DNA of 64,000 bases from Salinivirgaceae bacterium (GCA_024405635.1 JAKSOL010000001.1:32001-96000); one strand, 5' to 3'; shown: positions 9,611 through 20,454, counted from the first letter of the stretch. Translations and numbers: made by a program. The notes: generated from the sequence alone by a model not told the origin.

Positions 9611-10324
9611 ATGCCATACAGAAGACTTCCAAATACGGATAGGGCACGTTTGCGTGCTATGAAAACTGCACTTTCAAAATCAGAGCGATTGTTGCCAATG
9701 GATTTGCCATATAGTCCAAATACATTGCAGGATTTGAGGAATTTTGTTCCAGAATTTGAGCAAGCAATGCTTATGCAGCGTGATGTGTTTGAACGTCAAA
9801 CTTCAAAAACACAGAAACATCAAGAAAGTTTTCGTTCTGCTCGTTTGTATGTGTCGCACTTTATTCAAGTGTTGAATATGGCTATTGCGCGTGGTGAAAT
9901 GAAACCTTCAACTCGAAAATTGTTTGGTTTGCCCGAAGATGAGAATAAACTTCCGCAGCTAAATACAGAGCAAGATGTGATAGAGTGGGGCGAAAAAATT
10001 ATTAACGGAGAGCAAAGTCGCACTGCAATGGGTGAGCCGCCTATTACCAATCCAAATATTGCGCGTGTTAAGGTTCATTATGAAAATTTTGTTCGCATTA
10101 ATATTCAGCAAAAAGGTCTGCAAGATTCAAATTCAAAAGCTTTGGCTCGTATTTCTGATTTGCGTAGTAAGGCGGATGGTATTATCCTTACTCTTTGGAA
10201 TGAGATAGAAGAGCATTATTCTGAAAATCTACCTGATACTAAGCGCGAAAAATGTAGTGAATATGGTATTTCGTATGTTTTTCGCAAGTACGAAAAAATG
10301 GAGTTCGCAAATTTGAAGTTGTAA
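9611..10324 (+). CDS. Helical hypothetical protein (MPYRRLPNTD N-terminus)
   Basis: Long ORF followed by its own terminator; the ATG at 9611 is preferred as start. Confidence 0.75.
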   Translation: MPYRRLPNTDRARLRAMKTALSKSERLLPMDLPYSPNTLQDLRNFVPEFEQAMLMQRDVFERQTSKTQKHQESFRSARLYVSHFIQVLNMAIARGEMKPSTRKLFGLPEDENKLPQLNTEQDVIEWGEKIINGEQSRTAMGEPPITNPNIARVKVHYENFVRINIQQKGLQDSNSKALARISDLRSKADGIILTLWNEIEEHYSENLPDTKREKCSEYGISYVFRKYEKMEFANLKL

Positions 10325-10327
10325 TAT

Positions 10328-10355
10328 AAAGCCAACCACAAGGTTGGCTTTTTTT
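10328..10355. terminator. Intrinsic terminator between convergent genes
   Basis: AAAGCCAACC-ACAA-GGTTGGCTTTTTTT. Confidence 0.85.
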
Positions 10356-10368
10356 GTCTTAAGAGGGG

Positions 10369-11172
10369 TTATTTGACCAGCTCGCTAAGCGCGTCTTTTA
10401 AAAATTTCAACTCAAAACCTTTAGGCTCAATTATTCTTTTAAGTAACGATTGGAAGGTATATGCTACTCCGCCAACAAATCCTAAGTTTGTCGATTTGCT
10501 TTTTAATTCGGCAATGTGGTGGTTGTAGAATAATGTGAAAGAGTTGTATAATAAATCGTTGATAAACTGATTGTTGCAATTTTGCGCCATAAAAGGTACA
10601 AAACTTGCCATATATGCGTTGGGTTGTTGCGCGGCATAAACGTTACGTATTAAATCAGTTGTTGATAAGTTGTATTGTTCAAAAAATAGTTCTGATATTT
10701 CAGTTGGGCATTGTTGTCGAACTATGCTACGTATAAGTTCGCGGCCTAAATATGCGCCACTGCCTTCATCGCCGAGTAAATAGCCAAGAGATGGTGATTG
10801 GTTTTCTATTTCGTTTCCATTGTAAAGTCCTGCTGATGCGCCTGTGCCTAAAATAGCCGCAAGTCCGCTTTGTGTGTTCCAAAGCGCAAATCCCGCAGCT
10901 TCAAGATCGGAGGTGACGCGAATGTTGTTGGTTGTAAAAACAGAAGCAAGTGACTTTTTTACTAATTGTTGGTTTGCGGAGTTGCCGCAGCCAGCCCCAT
11001 AATATATTATTGAGTCGGGCTCGTTGGGCAATTTGTTTTCAACTTCGCGAGCAAGCTTTATAAGATTGTCAATGTGAGCAGTGTTGGGCGAAAATCCTGT
11101 GGTTGTTATTATGTTTTTTTGCGATGTTGCCCATTTGCATTTTGTTCCGCCTGCTTCAATAATAAGTTTCAT
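10369..11172 (-). CDS. BadF/BadG/BcrA/BcrD-type ATPase, putative N-acetylglucosamine kinase
   Basis: IIEAGGTK, YYGAGC, ILGTG, LGYLLGDEGSG and FVGGVA. Confidence 0.85.
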   Translation of the reverse strand: MKLIIEAGGTKCKWATSQKNIITTTGFSPNTAHIDNLIKLAREVENKLPNEPDSIIYYGAGCGNSANQQLVKKSLASVFTTNNIRVTSDLEAAGFALWNTQSGLAAILGTGASAGLYNGNEIENQSPSLGYLLGDEGSGAYLGRELIRSIVRQQCPTEISELFFEQYNLSTTDLIRNVYAAQQPNAYMASFVPFMAQNCNNQFINDLLYNSFTLFYNHHIAELKSKSTNLGFVGGVAYTFQSLLKRIIEPKGFELKFLKDALSELVK

Positions 11173-11346
11173 CTCTTTTGCTTTTGGGCAAAGTTATTCA
11201 AAGTCGTTGTTTTGTCTAAACAAATATTTGTTGTTGATGGTGTTAGTGGCTTTTATGATATAAAAGTGTGGTAATCAAATAAAAAGATTAGTAATCAATT
11301 AAATTTGGCGCGATTTTTGCTAAATATTAAAGGTTAAATATTCAAT

Positions 11347-12975
11347 ATGCGAACATTTGTTAATTACATCGAAAGTGCCATTGTAAGTAATTGGGATATT
11401 AATGCTCTATCAAATTATAAAGGAGCAACAATGACCTATGGTCAAGTTGGTGAAACTATTAAAAAGATTCATTCGGCCTTTGAACAACTTGGCATAAAAA
11501 AAGGAGATAAAATTGTAATTATTGGGCGCAATACTTCAAGTTGGGCTTGTTCGTTTTTGAGTGTTGTAACTTTTGGAACTGTTTCTGTTCCAATCTTGCA
11601 AGATTTCTCAATTAAAGATATTGAGAACACAGTAAATCATTCGGATTCGGTTTTAATGTTTGTGTCCGATTATATTTATAAAGATTTGGATATTAGCAAG
11701 TTCCCTAATATTCGAGGCTTTATTTCCCTTGACGATTGGAGGGTTTTGAGCGCAATTGATGAAAATGTTAAAACAGTTTTTGCCGACTTTGAAAGCAAAA
11801 CACTTGGGTTAACAGCAAATACTTTTGAGCTAAAAGATATTGCGCACGATGCGTTAGCTACAATAAGTTATACCTCAGGAACATCGGGCCATTCAAAAGG
11901 TGTGATGCTTACACATGGTAACTATGCAACAAATGTTGAATTTGGTACAGAGATGTTCCATTTTAATCCAGGGGATAACATTGTATCAATGTTGCCAATG
12001 GCTCATGCTTATGGTTTGGCTTTTGAATTCCTTACCGAATTTGTTGAAGGTTGTCACGTTACCTTCCTTGTAAAAACGCCAACTCCGCAACTTATACTTC
12101 AGTCATTTGCAGAACTTCATCCGCGTTTGATTGTTGTTGTTCCGTTAATTTTGGAAAAAGTTTACAAATCGAAGGTTAAACCTGCAATAAGTAGTGGGTT
12201 ACCAAAAATACTATTGGCAATTCCTTTGTTGCGCCAAATAGTTTACAAAAAAGTTCGTCGCCAACTCGAATCGGCGTTTGGCGATAATTTTTTTGAGGTA
12301 ATTGTTGGAGGCGCGGCTTTGAACAAAGAGGTTGAAAGTTTTTTGAATAAGATAAAATTCAGATATACAGTTGGTTATGGCATGACCGAGTGCGCGCCAA
12401 TTATTTGTTATTCGCCTTGGAATAGAGTAAAGAAATTTAGTTGCGGTTATCCTATTCGTCGCTGTACAGTTCGCATCGATAGTCCAGATCCACAAAATGT
12501 TGAGGGCGAAATCTTAGTAAAAGGTAGCCAAGTAATGTTGGGTTATTATAAAAATATTGATGCAACAAACGCAACTTTCGACTCAGAGGGTTGGTTGCGT
12601 ACAGGAGACCTTGGTGTTATGGATGCAAATGGATATGTTACAATTAAAGGGCGTAGCAAGAATATGATTCTAGGAGCATCGGGCCAAAATATTTATCCAG
12701 AAGAAATTGAATCGCAAATAAACAATTTGCCATACGTGGCTGAATCGTTGGTTGTTGAGCGACAAGGTAAGTTGCATGCGCTTATTGTTCCTGATATTGA
12801 AAAGGCTGAGCGCGATGGCCTAGATCGTGAAAAGGTTCAAGTTGCAATTGAGCAAAGCCAAAAAGAACTTAATAAACAAATGCCTAACTACATGTCGATT
12901 GCAAAAATCGAATTGCAGAACGAGGAATTTGTAAAAACTCCAAAGAAAAGTATAAAACGATATTTGTATAATTGA
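11347..12975 (+). CDS. Long-chain fatty acid-CoA ligase
   Basis: YTSGTSGHSKG AMP-binding loop, GYGMTE, WLRTGDLG and GQNIYPEEIE. Confidence 0.92.
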   Translation: MRTFVNYIESAIVSNWDINALSNYKGATMTYGQVGETIKKIHSAFEQLGIKKGDKIVIIGRNTSSWACSFLSVVTFGTVSVPILQDFSIKDIENTVNHSDSVLMFVSDYIYKDLDISKFPNIRGFISLDDWRVLSAIDENVKTVFADFESKTLGLTANTFELKDIAHDALATISYTSGTSGHSKGVMLTHGNYATNVEFGTEMFHFNPGDNIVSMLPMAHAYGLAFEFLTEFVEGCHVTFLVKTPTPQLILQSFAELHPRLIVVVPLILEKVYKSKVKPAISSGLPKILLAIPLLRQIVYKKVRRQLESAFGDNFFEVIVGGAALNKEVESFLNKIKFRYTVGYGMTECAPIICYSPWNRVKKFSCGYPIRRCTVRIDSPDPQNVEGEILVKGSQVMLGYYKNIDATNATFDSEGWLRTGDLGVMDANGYVTIKGRSKNMILGASGQNIYPEEIESQINNLPYVAESLVVERQGKLHALIVPDIEKAERDGLDREKVQVAIEQSQKELNKQMPNYMSIAKIELQNEEFVKTPKKSIKRYLYN

Positions 12976-13082
12976 TTTTAGGGTTTTAACGGTGAACAGG
13001 AGGCTTGATGTCATACGATGTCAAGCCTTTGTTTTTGTTGCTCATTCATTATCTTCGCCAATCAAAAAAAATGACATACAAG

Positions 13083-14087
13083 ATGCGAAAACTGCTGACA
13101 TTTTTGGTAGCCATTATGGCGTTGCAAGTTTCGGCACAAAAAAATTTGACACGTGCCGAGTATATTGAAAAATACAAGCAAATAGCAATTGATGAGATGA
13201 ATAGGACAGGCGTGCCTGCAAGTATCTCGTTGGCGCAAGGAATTCTTGAGTCTGGCGATGGAAATAGTACACTCGCACGCAATGCCAATAATCACTTTGG
13301 TATAAAATGTCACGGGTGGCAAGGAGAAACAATTTACCACGACGATGACCGCCCAAATGAATGTTTTCGCTCGTACAAAAATGCTAACGAATCGTATGTT
13401 GATCATTCTGATTTTTTAACCTCACATCAGCGTTACGCGTTCTTATTTGACTATTCTACAACCGATTATAAAAAATGGGCTAACGGTTTAAAAAAAGCAG
13501 GGTATGCAACAAGTAATACCTACGCAACTATGCTCATTAAGATAATTGAAGAAAATAAATTGTATGAATATGATAAACCCAATAAGGCTTTGGCAAAGGC
13601 TGAAACTGATAAAACGAATGGTGTAAAAGATAAAAATGCGTCAAAAACCGACAAAAAAAGCAAATCTAAACGAGGAAAGAAAAACCAAGAAACTAGTGCT
13701 ATAACATATGCAGAATTAGCTCCCGACGAGGCCGAAGTTGCACCATTTGGCGATGTTAGAACCGAAAATAATGTTGATTATGTGCTTGTGCACCGAGGCG
13801 ATGACATGAAATCGATAAGTGAACATTATGGAATTTTAGCTGCGCAAATTTACCGATACAATGATTTGCCAAAAAATACGCCAATAAACGAAGGTGAGCG
13901 TTTGTATATTCAAGCTAAAAAATCAAAGGCTTCTGCGCAATATAGCACACACACAGTTGCTGAGGGAGAAACAATGCTCTCTATTTCGCAGCGTTATGCT
14001 ATAAAATTAAAGAGCCTATACAAAATGAATGGAATGGAGCAAGGAACTCAGCCAAGCGTGGGCGATGTAATTAAGTTGCGAAAGTGA
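13083..14087 (+). CDS. GH73 glucosaminidase with two LysM domains (peptidoglycan hydrolase)
   Basis: Signal peptide, LAQGILESG, NNHFGIKC and GYAT motifs, then two C-terminal LysM-like repeats. The start could alternatively be 13071. Confidence 0.9.
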   Translation: MRKLLTFLVAIMALQVSAQKNLTRAEYIEKYKQIAIDEMNRTGVPASISLAQGILESGDGNSTLARNANNHFGIKCHGWQGETIYHDDDRPNECFRSYKNANESYVDHSDFLTSHQRYAFLFDYSTTDYKKWANGLKKAGYATSNTYATMLIKIIEENKLYEYDKPNKALAKAETDKTNGVKDKNASKTDKKSKSKRGKKNQETSAITYAELAPDEAEVAPFGDVRTENNVDYVLVHRGDDMKSISEHYGILAAQIYRYNDLPKNTPINEGERLYIQAKKSKASAQYSTHTVAEGETMLSISQRYAIKLKSLYKMNGMEQGTQPSVGDVIKLRK

Positions 14088-14181
14088 AAAAACACTTGCA
14101 GCCTAAAACATAAATTGCTTATATTGTGCAATTAAAAAGTGAAATAAAATCCTATTTTTGGAGAATACAAAATAGACGAAT

Positions 14182-16143
14182 ATGAATGCACGGTTAACTA
14201 TTTCAAACAAACTTCTCATTGGTTTTGGATCGTTGGTATTAACGGTGATTATCAATGGTTTGGTAACCTATTCTACATCAAATAGTAACAGAAAACTAAA
14301 CGAGGATATTTTAAATATATACAACCCCTCATTGTCATGCGTGCGCGATTGTTATAACATGGTAAACAACTCGCTGATGCTAATAAAAAGTTGGGTGTAT
14401 ATTGAAAAACAATCGGACACCAAAGATAAACGTGCACTTGTTTCTATGCACGATGTGCAATATCCTTCGTTACAGGCAAACTTAAACGAAGTTTCAAAAA
14501 CTTGGAGCCCAGAAGATAGGGCACAATTGCAGTTGGTGCTTAAAGCCATTGGCGACACCTTGTTTGTCAACCACAAATTCATTATGAATAGTTTGAAAAA
14601 CTTTTCAGATTATGACGACCTTATGGTGACATGGGAAATTACACCAATGGTTGAGCAAGGAGGCGTTGTGGTGGAACAAACCGATAGAATTTTGGCACAA
14701 CTAGAGGCATTAACAGCTTCAATATCAAAAGAAACAGAGACGGCCAACCGCAATATGATGGATTCGTTTTTATGGTTCCAAAACTTTGTGTTTGTGTCGT
14801 TGCTAATAATTGTTGCAGTTATTGTGATTGTAACTGTTTTAACTACACGAAGCATTGTGTTGCCATTGAATACCCTTAAAGATTTCTTGGTGTCGATGAC
14901 AAAAGGTGTGCTGCCAAAAGATAAACTAGTTACCGCAAACGATGAGATTGGTGATATGGGAGATGCCTTGAATGGATTTATTGATTCGTTGCGTCGAACT
15001 TCAGAATTTGCAGTTGAAATAGGTAACGGCAAATTTGATTCGGATTACGAGGCTCTTGGCGAAGAAGATACATTAGGTAATGCATTGCTTGATATGCGCC
15101 GCAATCTTCGTGATGCTGATGTTGAAAACCGCAAGCGCAAAGCTGAAGACGATATTAGAAACTGGGAAACAAAAGGTTTGGCAGACTTTGGCGACATATT
15201 GCGCCAAAATTCTAGCGACATGGATTTGTTGGCTAGTAATTTGATGCGCCATTTGATTGACTACTTGGGTGTTAACCAGGGTGCAATTTATATTTTGAAT
15301 AACGATGACTCAACTCATCCATTCTTTGAAATGAAGAGTGCCGTGGCATATAACCGTGAAAAATATTTGCGAACCAACTTTGAAATTAACGAGGGATTAG
15401 TTGGCCGTTGTGCATTTGAAAAATTGCCAGTTTACCTTAAAGAAATACCTCACGAGTATATTGTTTTAACCTCGGGATTGGGTGGTGCAGAACCAAGCCA
15501 ATTATTACTAACCCCACTTATTAAAGATGATGAAGTGCTTGGCGTTATTGAGGTTGCATCGTTTAACGATATTCCATCGTACCAAATTGATTTTATGAAG
15601 ACTTTGGGCGAAAATGTGGCGCTAACCATTTCAAATGTTCGTACAGCTGAGCAAACCGCTAGATTGTATGAAGAATCGAAGATGAAAGGAGAGGAATTGG
15701 CCTCACAAGAAGAAGAATTGCGCCAAAATATGGAAGAGTTGAAGGCTACACAAGAGGAATCAGCTCGTCGTGAGGCTGAACTTCAACTTAACTTTGATGC
15801 ATTGAACAATTCAGTTGTTTCGGCAACAATTGACTACTCGGGTGTTATTCTTAACATCAATGAAATGATTGAGAGGAAAACCAAAAACAAAGTGGTTGAT
15901 TATGTAGGCAAAACGTTTATTGAACGCTTTGTTGATGAGTCTCAACTTAGTGAATTTGAAAATGTATGGAGTGCTGTTTTATCGGGAAAAACAATTTCAA
16001 TTGAGTTGAAAAATCCATTGAGCATATTTTGGTTGCAGCATACTTTAACACCATTAGTTGATTCTTATGGAAATGTTAACAAGGTGCTTGATATCATGAT
16101 AGATGTAACAGCAGAGCATCGTTTGGCCGATTTAGGGTTATAA
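14182..16143 (+). CDS. Membrane sensor: periplasmic helical bundle-HAMP-GAF-coiled coil-PAS, with no output domain
   Basis: Two TM helices, a DEIGDM HAMP, an EGLVGRCAFE / VLGVIEVAS GAF, a QEEELRQNMEELKATQEE coil and a C-terminal PAS ending DVT. Confidence 0.8.
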   Translation: MNARLTISNKLLIGFGSLVLTVIINGLVTYSTSNSNRKLNEDILNIYNPSLSCVRDCYNMVNNSLMLIKSWVYIEKQSDTKDKRALVSMHDVQYPSLQANLNEVSKTWSPEDRAQLQLVLKAIGDTLFVNHKFIMNSLKNFSDYDDLMVTWEITPMVEQGGVVVEQTDRILAQLEALTASISKETETANRNMMDSFLWFQNFVFVSLLIIVAVIVIVTVLTTRSIVLPLNTLKDFLVSMTKGVLPKDKLVTANDEIGDMGDALNGFIDSLRRTSEFAVEIGNGKFDSDYEALGEEDTLGNALLDMRRNLRDADVENRKRKAEDDIRNWETKGLADFGDILRQNSSDMDLLASNLMRHLIDYLGVNQGAIYILNNDDSTHPFFEMKSAVAYNREKYLRTNFEINEGLVGRCAFEKLPVYLKEIPHEYIVLTSGLGGAEPSQLLLTPLIKDDEVLGVIEVASFNDIPSYQIDFMKTLGENVALTISNVRTAEQTARLYEESKMKGEELASQEEELRQNMEELKATQEESARREAELQLNFDALNNSVVSATIDYSGVILNINEMIERKTKNKVVDYVGKTFIERFVDESQLSEFENVWSAVLSGKTISIELKNPLSIFWLQHTLTPLVDSYGNVNKVLDIMIDVTAEHRLADLGL

Positions 16144-16152
16144 TTTGTAATA

Positions 16153-16434
16153 GTGTTGTTCGTGTATAATTTTGATATACCTTGTTTCTATAAAACTTAT
16201 ATAGGAATTGAATGCCCATGGTGTGGCTTTCAGCGGTCGTTACATAAACTTTTGCAAGGTCAATTGTTGGAGAGTCTTCAATTCTTCCCAGCTTTAATAC
16301 CAGTGTTGCTGATGTTTTTGCTTCTTGTGTTGCATCTTTTTTTCAAATTTAAGCGAGGAACAGAAATTTTAGTGTCACTATTCATTTTGAACGTCGTCAT
16401 TATATCAGTTAATTACATTGTAAAACTGATTTAA
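16153..16434 (+). CDS. DUF2752-type membrane protein
   Basis: PCFYK..GIECPWCGFQRS motif plus TM helices. Confidence 0.8.
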   Translation: MLFVYNFDIPCFYKTYIGIECPWCGFQRSLHKLLQGQLLESLQFFPALIPVLLMFLLLVLHLFFKFKRGTEILVSLFILNVVIISVNYIVKLI

Positions 16435-16445
16435 AACGTACAATT

Positions 16446-16859
16446 ATGGAATCAATAGAAATGAATGATCAAATGTCGAATCAAACAATTGCGCCTCGTG
16501 CTGTAAACAAGTCAAGTGTAGCTTTAGTTTTTGGTATCTTGAGTATAGTTTCGTGTTGCTGTATAGGTTTGTTCATTGTAAGCCTTGTTCTGGCTATTTT
16601 AGCAGTGGTGTGGGGAAATGAAGGAGTGAAAGAATACCAAGCAACCCCTGATTTGTATACGTTAGTTTCGTTTAAAAATGCAAAGGCTGCTAAGGTATGT
16701 GGAATAATAGGCTTGTGCTTGTCGGGCACTGTACTGTTTTTTGTAATTGCAATTGTTGTGTTTGCCTTGTCGGTTGCAAGTATAGCTTTAACTTCGATGT
16801 CAGCTATATTTCCTGAAATTATTAGCGAGATAATAAATGAAATAACATCAGCGCTATAA
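16446..16859 (+). CDS. CCC-motif / DUF4190-like membrane protein
   Basis: ALVFGILSIVSCCC and AKVCGIIGL; this type is typically paired with DUF2752. Confidence 0.75.
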   Translation: MESIEMNDQMSNQTIAPRAVNKSSVALVFGILSIVSCCCIGLFIVSLVLAILAVVWGNEGVKEYQATPDLYTLVSFKNAKAAKVCGIIGLCLSGTVLFFVIAIVVFALSVASIALTSMSAIFPEIISEIINEITSAL

Positions 16860-16883
16860 ATTAATTAATCGTTATAGATGTTG

Positions 16884-16916
16884 ACGGAATCGATAACAAT
16901 CGGTTCCGTTTTTTTT
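16884..16916 (+). terminator. Intrinsic terminator
   Basis: ACGGAATCGAT-AACA-ATCGGTTCCGT followed by a T tract. Confidence 0.8.
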
Positions 16917-17010
16917 GTTTGATCCAAACTGGCAGTCTAATTTCAGCGGAAAGTTGGGCGCTTGTTTTTTGCCTTTATTTCCTACTTTCGCCATCGGCAA
17001 TAGTTGCGCT

Positions 17011-18990
17011 ATGAAATTATCAGTAATAATCGTTAATTATAATGTGAAGTATTTTTTGGAGCAGTGCCTTCATTCGGTTTTTGCTGCTTCAAAAAACATT
17101 GAAACCGAAGTGTTTGTGGTTGACAATAATTCGGTAGATGGTTCATGTGCAATGGTTGCTGAAAAATTTCCGCAAGTACATCTTATTGAAAATAAGAAGA
17201 ATACAGGTTTTGCGGTTGCGAATAATCAGGCAATTAGAATCTCTACTGGTCAATATGTTTTGCTGCTCAATCCCGATACAATTGTTGAGGAAGATACGTT
17301 TGAGAAAGTCGTTTCTTTTATGGATTCGCATGTCGATGCTGGAGGCTTGGGCGTAAAAATGATTGACGGCAAGGGCAATTATCTGCCTGAGAGCAAGCGC
17401 GGTTTTCCTTCGCCGATGGTGGCATTTTATAAAATGTTTGGTTTGTCGCGATTATTCCCACATTCGCGCAAATTCAACCAATACTATATGGGGCATTTAA
17501 GTGCCGACAAAATAGCAGAGGTTGATGTGCTTGCAGGAGCATTTATGTTGATGCGGCGCGAAACACTTGACAAGGTAGGTTTGCTTGATGAAGATTATTT
17601 TATGTATGGCGAAGACATTGATTTGTCGTATCGTATAATAAAAGGTGGGTACAAAAACTATTATTATCCAGAAACAACCATTATTCACTATAAAGGCGAG
17701 AGTACAAAGAAGGGCAGTGTGAATTATGTGCGAATGTTTTATAATGCCATGATAATATTTGCCCGCAAGCATTTGAGCAAAAAAAATGCAAGTGTTTTTT
17801 CTCTTGCAATAAACATGGCCATATATTTCCGTGGAGCGTTGGCTTTGGTTGGCCGATTTTTGAGCAAGGCTATTGTGCCGTTTGTTGATGCATTGCTAAT
17901 GTATTTGTGCTTATTGTTTTTGGCAATTCGCTGGCCTGTGGCGGCATTTGGTGTTGCTGATTATTTCCCCGATAACTATTATACAGTTGCCTTACCTATA
18001 TATATATTGGTATGGATAGTGTCGGTTTTTTATGCGGGCGGATACGAGTCAAAAGCGAGCCCCATGTCGATTGTAAAAGGAATAGGAGCAGGTGCGCTTG
18101 TTATTTTGGTAGCATATGCGCTATTGCCTGAAGATTTGCGTTTTTCGCGAGCAATAATCATTTTTGGAACAATAGCCAATATGTTCATTGTTAACATTTA
18201 TAGGTTAATGATGCATTGCTTTGTGCCTAATTTGTTTTGTTTCAACTCAAGTAAAAAGACCAATATAGCGGTGGTAGGTTCCCAATCTGAGGCCGATAGA
18301 GTAATTGGAATTTTGAACCAATCGTCGCTGAAATACAATTACGTTGGATTGGTTGATTTACAATCGCAAATGCATGAACGAAAGGCAATTGGCACTATTG
18401 ATCAAATAGCTGATATTGTGAAAGTGAACAAAATTGACGAATTGATCTTTTGTTCAAAAGATATGACAACACAACAGATAATAGGTCTTATGCTTTCACT
18501 CGATAGCAACGAGGTTCATTTTAAAATAGCACCACCAGAAAGCCTTTCAATTATAGGAAGTAATTCGATAGATACGGCTGGCGATCTTTATACGGTTGAT
18601 TTTAACACAATAATAAAACCTCAAAATCGACGCAATAAGCGAACACTAGATGTTATTGTTGCAATACTCTTGCTAGTTTTTTCGCCTTTAATAATATGGT
18701 TTACTAAGCCGGCTAAACAATTGTATATTAATATATTAAATGTGTTTTTGGGAGCAAAAACATGGGTGGGGTTTGACAATAATTGCCCACCGAATCCCTA
18801 TCTTCCAAAACTTAAAAAAGGAGTAATTAGTCAATGCATGGTACAAATTGGCAAAAATGCGACCAACGAACAACGCGAAAAGATAAATTTGTTGTATGCC
18901 AAAGATTACCAAATACAAACCGATATCTATTTGATATTTAAGGGATTTAGATTGTTGGCAACCAGTGAAATAATAAACAAAACTAAATAA
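17011..18990 (+). CDS. GT2 glycosyltransferase fused to TM helices and a sugar-transferase-like C-terminal region
   Basis: SVIIVNYN, VVDNNSVDGS, LLNPD and YFMYGEDID; the C-terminal region has KRTLDVIVA. The ATG at 17011 is preferred as start. Confidence 0.88.
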   Translation: MKLSVIIVNYNVKYFLEQCLHSVFAASKNIETEVFVVDNNSVDGSCAMVAEKFPQVHLIENKKNTGFAVANNQAIRISTGQYVLLLNPDTIVEEDTFEKVVSFMDSHVDAGGLGVKMIDGKGNYLPESKRGFPSPMVAFYKMFGLSRLFPHSRKFNQYYMGHLSADKIAEVDVLAGAFMLMRRETLDKVGLLDEDYFMYGEDIDLSYRIIKGGYKNYYYPETTIIHYKGESTKKGSVNYVRMFYNAMIIFARKHLSKKNASVFSLAINMAIYFRGALALVGRFLSKAIVPFVDALLMYLCLLFLAIRWPVAAFGVADYFPDNYYTVALPIYILVWIVSVFYAGGYESKASPMSIVKGIGAGALVILVAYALLPEDLRFSRAIIIFGTIANMFIVNIYRLMMHCFVPNLFCFNSSKKTNIAVVGSQSEADRVIGILNQSSLKYNYVGLVDLQSQMHERKAIGTIDQIADIVKVNKIDELIFCSKDMTTQQIIGLMLSLDSNEVHFKIAPPESLSIIGSNSIDTAGDLYTVDFNTIIKPQNRRNKRTLDVIVAILLLVFSPLIIWFTKPAKQLYINILNVFLGAKTWVGFDNNCPPNPYLPKLKKGVISQCMVQIGKNATNEQREKINLLYAKDYQIQTDIYLIFKGFRLLATSEIINKTK

Positions 18991-18991
18991 T

Positions 18992-19870
18992 ATGCTACTA
19001 TCGATGACAGGCTTTGGAAAAGCCGTATGTGAATTAGAAAATAAAAATCTTGTAATTGAAATCAAGAGTTTGAATAGTAAACAATTGGATTTGAATTGCC
19101 GCATGCCGTCGTTTTATCGTGAAAAAGAATTTGAAGTTCGCAACATGGTGAACAACAGTATGATACGCGGAAAGGTTGATTTTGTGATGTACTCAGAAAT
19201 GAGCAACTTAGAAACTGTTTCAACTATAAACGCGGAAACCGTTAAAGTTTACTATGAGCAACTTGTTTCGGTGTCGCAACAATTAGGAGTTGATAGTTCA
19301 AGTGCTCAAATGTTTGAAATGGCCATGCGTATGCCCGACGTATTGAAAACTGAGCACGAAGATTTAACCGAGGATGAATGGAGCATTGTTGCAAAATCAG
19401 TTCAACAAGCAATAGATGCGTTAGTTGCATTCCGCACACAAGAAGGTGCAGCATTGGAAAAAGATTTAACAAAACGCATTAACTTGATACAGAGTTTACT
19501 AGCAAAAGTTCCAGAGTACGAACGTCCTCGCATCGACCGCATAAAAGAGCGAATTAAAGGCGACATTGCAGAGTTGGTAGGTTTAGAAAATCTTGATAAA
19601 AATCGACTTGAGCAAGAACTGATTTTCTATATTGAAAAACTTGATATTACTGAAGAAAAAGTACGTTTGGCGAATCACTGCGATTACTTCTTGAAAACTA
19701 TGCAGCAAGGTGGTCCTGTTGGACGTCAATTGGGTTTTGTTGCTCAAGAAATTGGACGCGAAATAAACACCTTGGGTTCAAAAGCTAACGACTCCGATTT
19801 GCAAATAATTGTTGTAGCAATGAAAGATGAGTTGGAGAAAATTAAAGAGCAGATTCTTAACGTGTTGTAA
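18992..19870 (+). CDS. yicC: YicC/YloC family endoribonuclease
   Basis: SMTGFG, KLDITEEKVRL and QEIGREINTLGSK. Confidence 0.93.
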   Translation: MLLSMTGFGKAVCELENKNLVIEIKSLNSKQLDLNCRMPSFYREKEFEVRNMVNNSMIRGKVDFVMYSEMSNLETVSTINAETVKVYYEQLVSVSQQLGVDSSSAQMFEMAMRMPDVLKTEHEDLTEDEWSIVAKSVQQAIDALVAFRTQEGAALEKDLTKRINLIQSLLAKVPEYERPRIDRIKERIKGDIAELVGLENLDKNRLEQELIFYIEKLDITEEKVRLANHCDYFLKTMQQGGPVGRQLGFVAQEIGREINTLGSKANDSDLQIIVVAMKDELEKIKEQILNVL

Positions 19871-19888
19871 ATAATTTTGCGATTAATT

Positions 19889-20452
19889 ATGAATAAAAAA
19901 GTTGTAATATTTTCTGCTCCATCAGGTTCTGGAAAAACAACAATAGTAAAGTATTTGTTGTCGAAAGGTTTGAATATGGAGTTCTCAATTTCGGCAACAA
20001 GCCGACCATTGCGCGGACAAGAGCAACATGGTAAGGATTATTATTTTATGAGCGCAGAAGAATTTCGCAAACATATTGATAACGACGATTTTGTTGAATG
20101 GGAAGAAGTGTATGCCGGTCGTTATTATGGAACGTTGAAATCGGAATTGGAGCGCATTTGGGGTAAAGGCAACTTTGTTCTTTTTGATGTTGATGTAAAA
20201 GGAGGAGTAAACATAAAGCGCATTTTTGGCGACAACGCACTATCGGTGTTTGTTATGCCTCCGTCAATCGACGAGTTGCGTAAACGTTTGGTTGGGCGAG
20301 CAACAGACTCGGCTGAAGATATTGAAAAACGCTTGGCAAAGGCTGCTGAAGAAATAACATACGCACCGCAGTTTGATGTTACAGTTGTAAACGACAACCT
20401 TGACGAAGCATGTCAAAAAGCTTTTGATGTAATATCTAACTTTTTGAAATAA
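19889..20452 (+). CDS. gmk: Guanylate kinase
   Basis: APSGSGKTT, SATSRPLR, YYGTL and DVDVKG. Confidence 0.96.
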   Translation: MNKKVVIFSAPSGSGKTTIVKYLLSKGLNMEFSISATSRPLRGQEQHGKDYYFMSAEEFRKHIDNDDFVEWEEVYAGRYYGTLKSELERIWGKGNFVLFDVDVKGGVNIKRIFGDNALSVFVMPPSIDELRKRLVGRATDSAEDIEKRLAKAAEEITYAPQFDVTVVNDNLDEACQKAFDVISNFLK

Positions 20453-20454
20453 AG

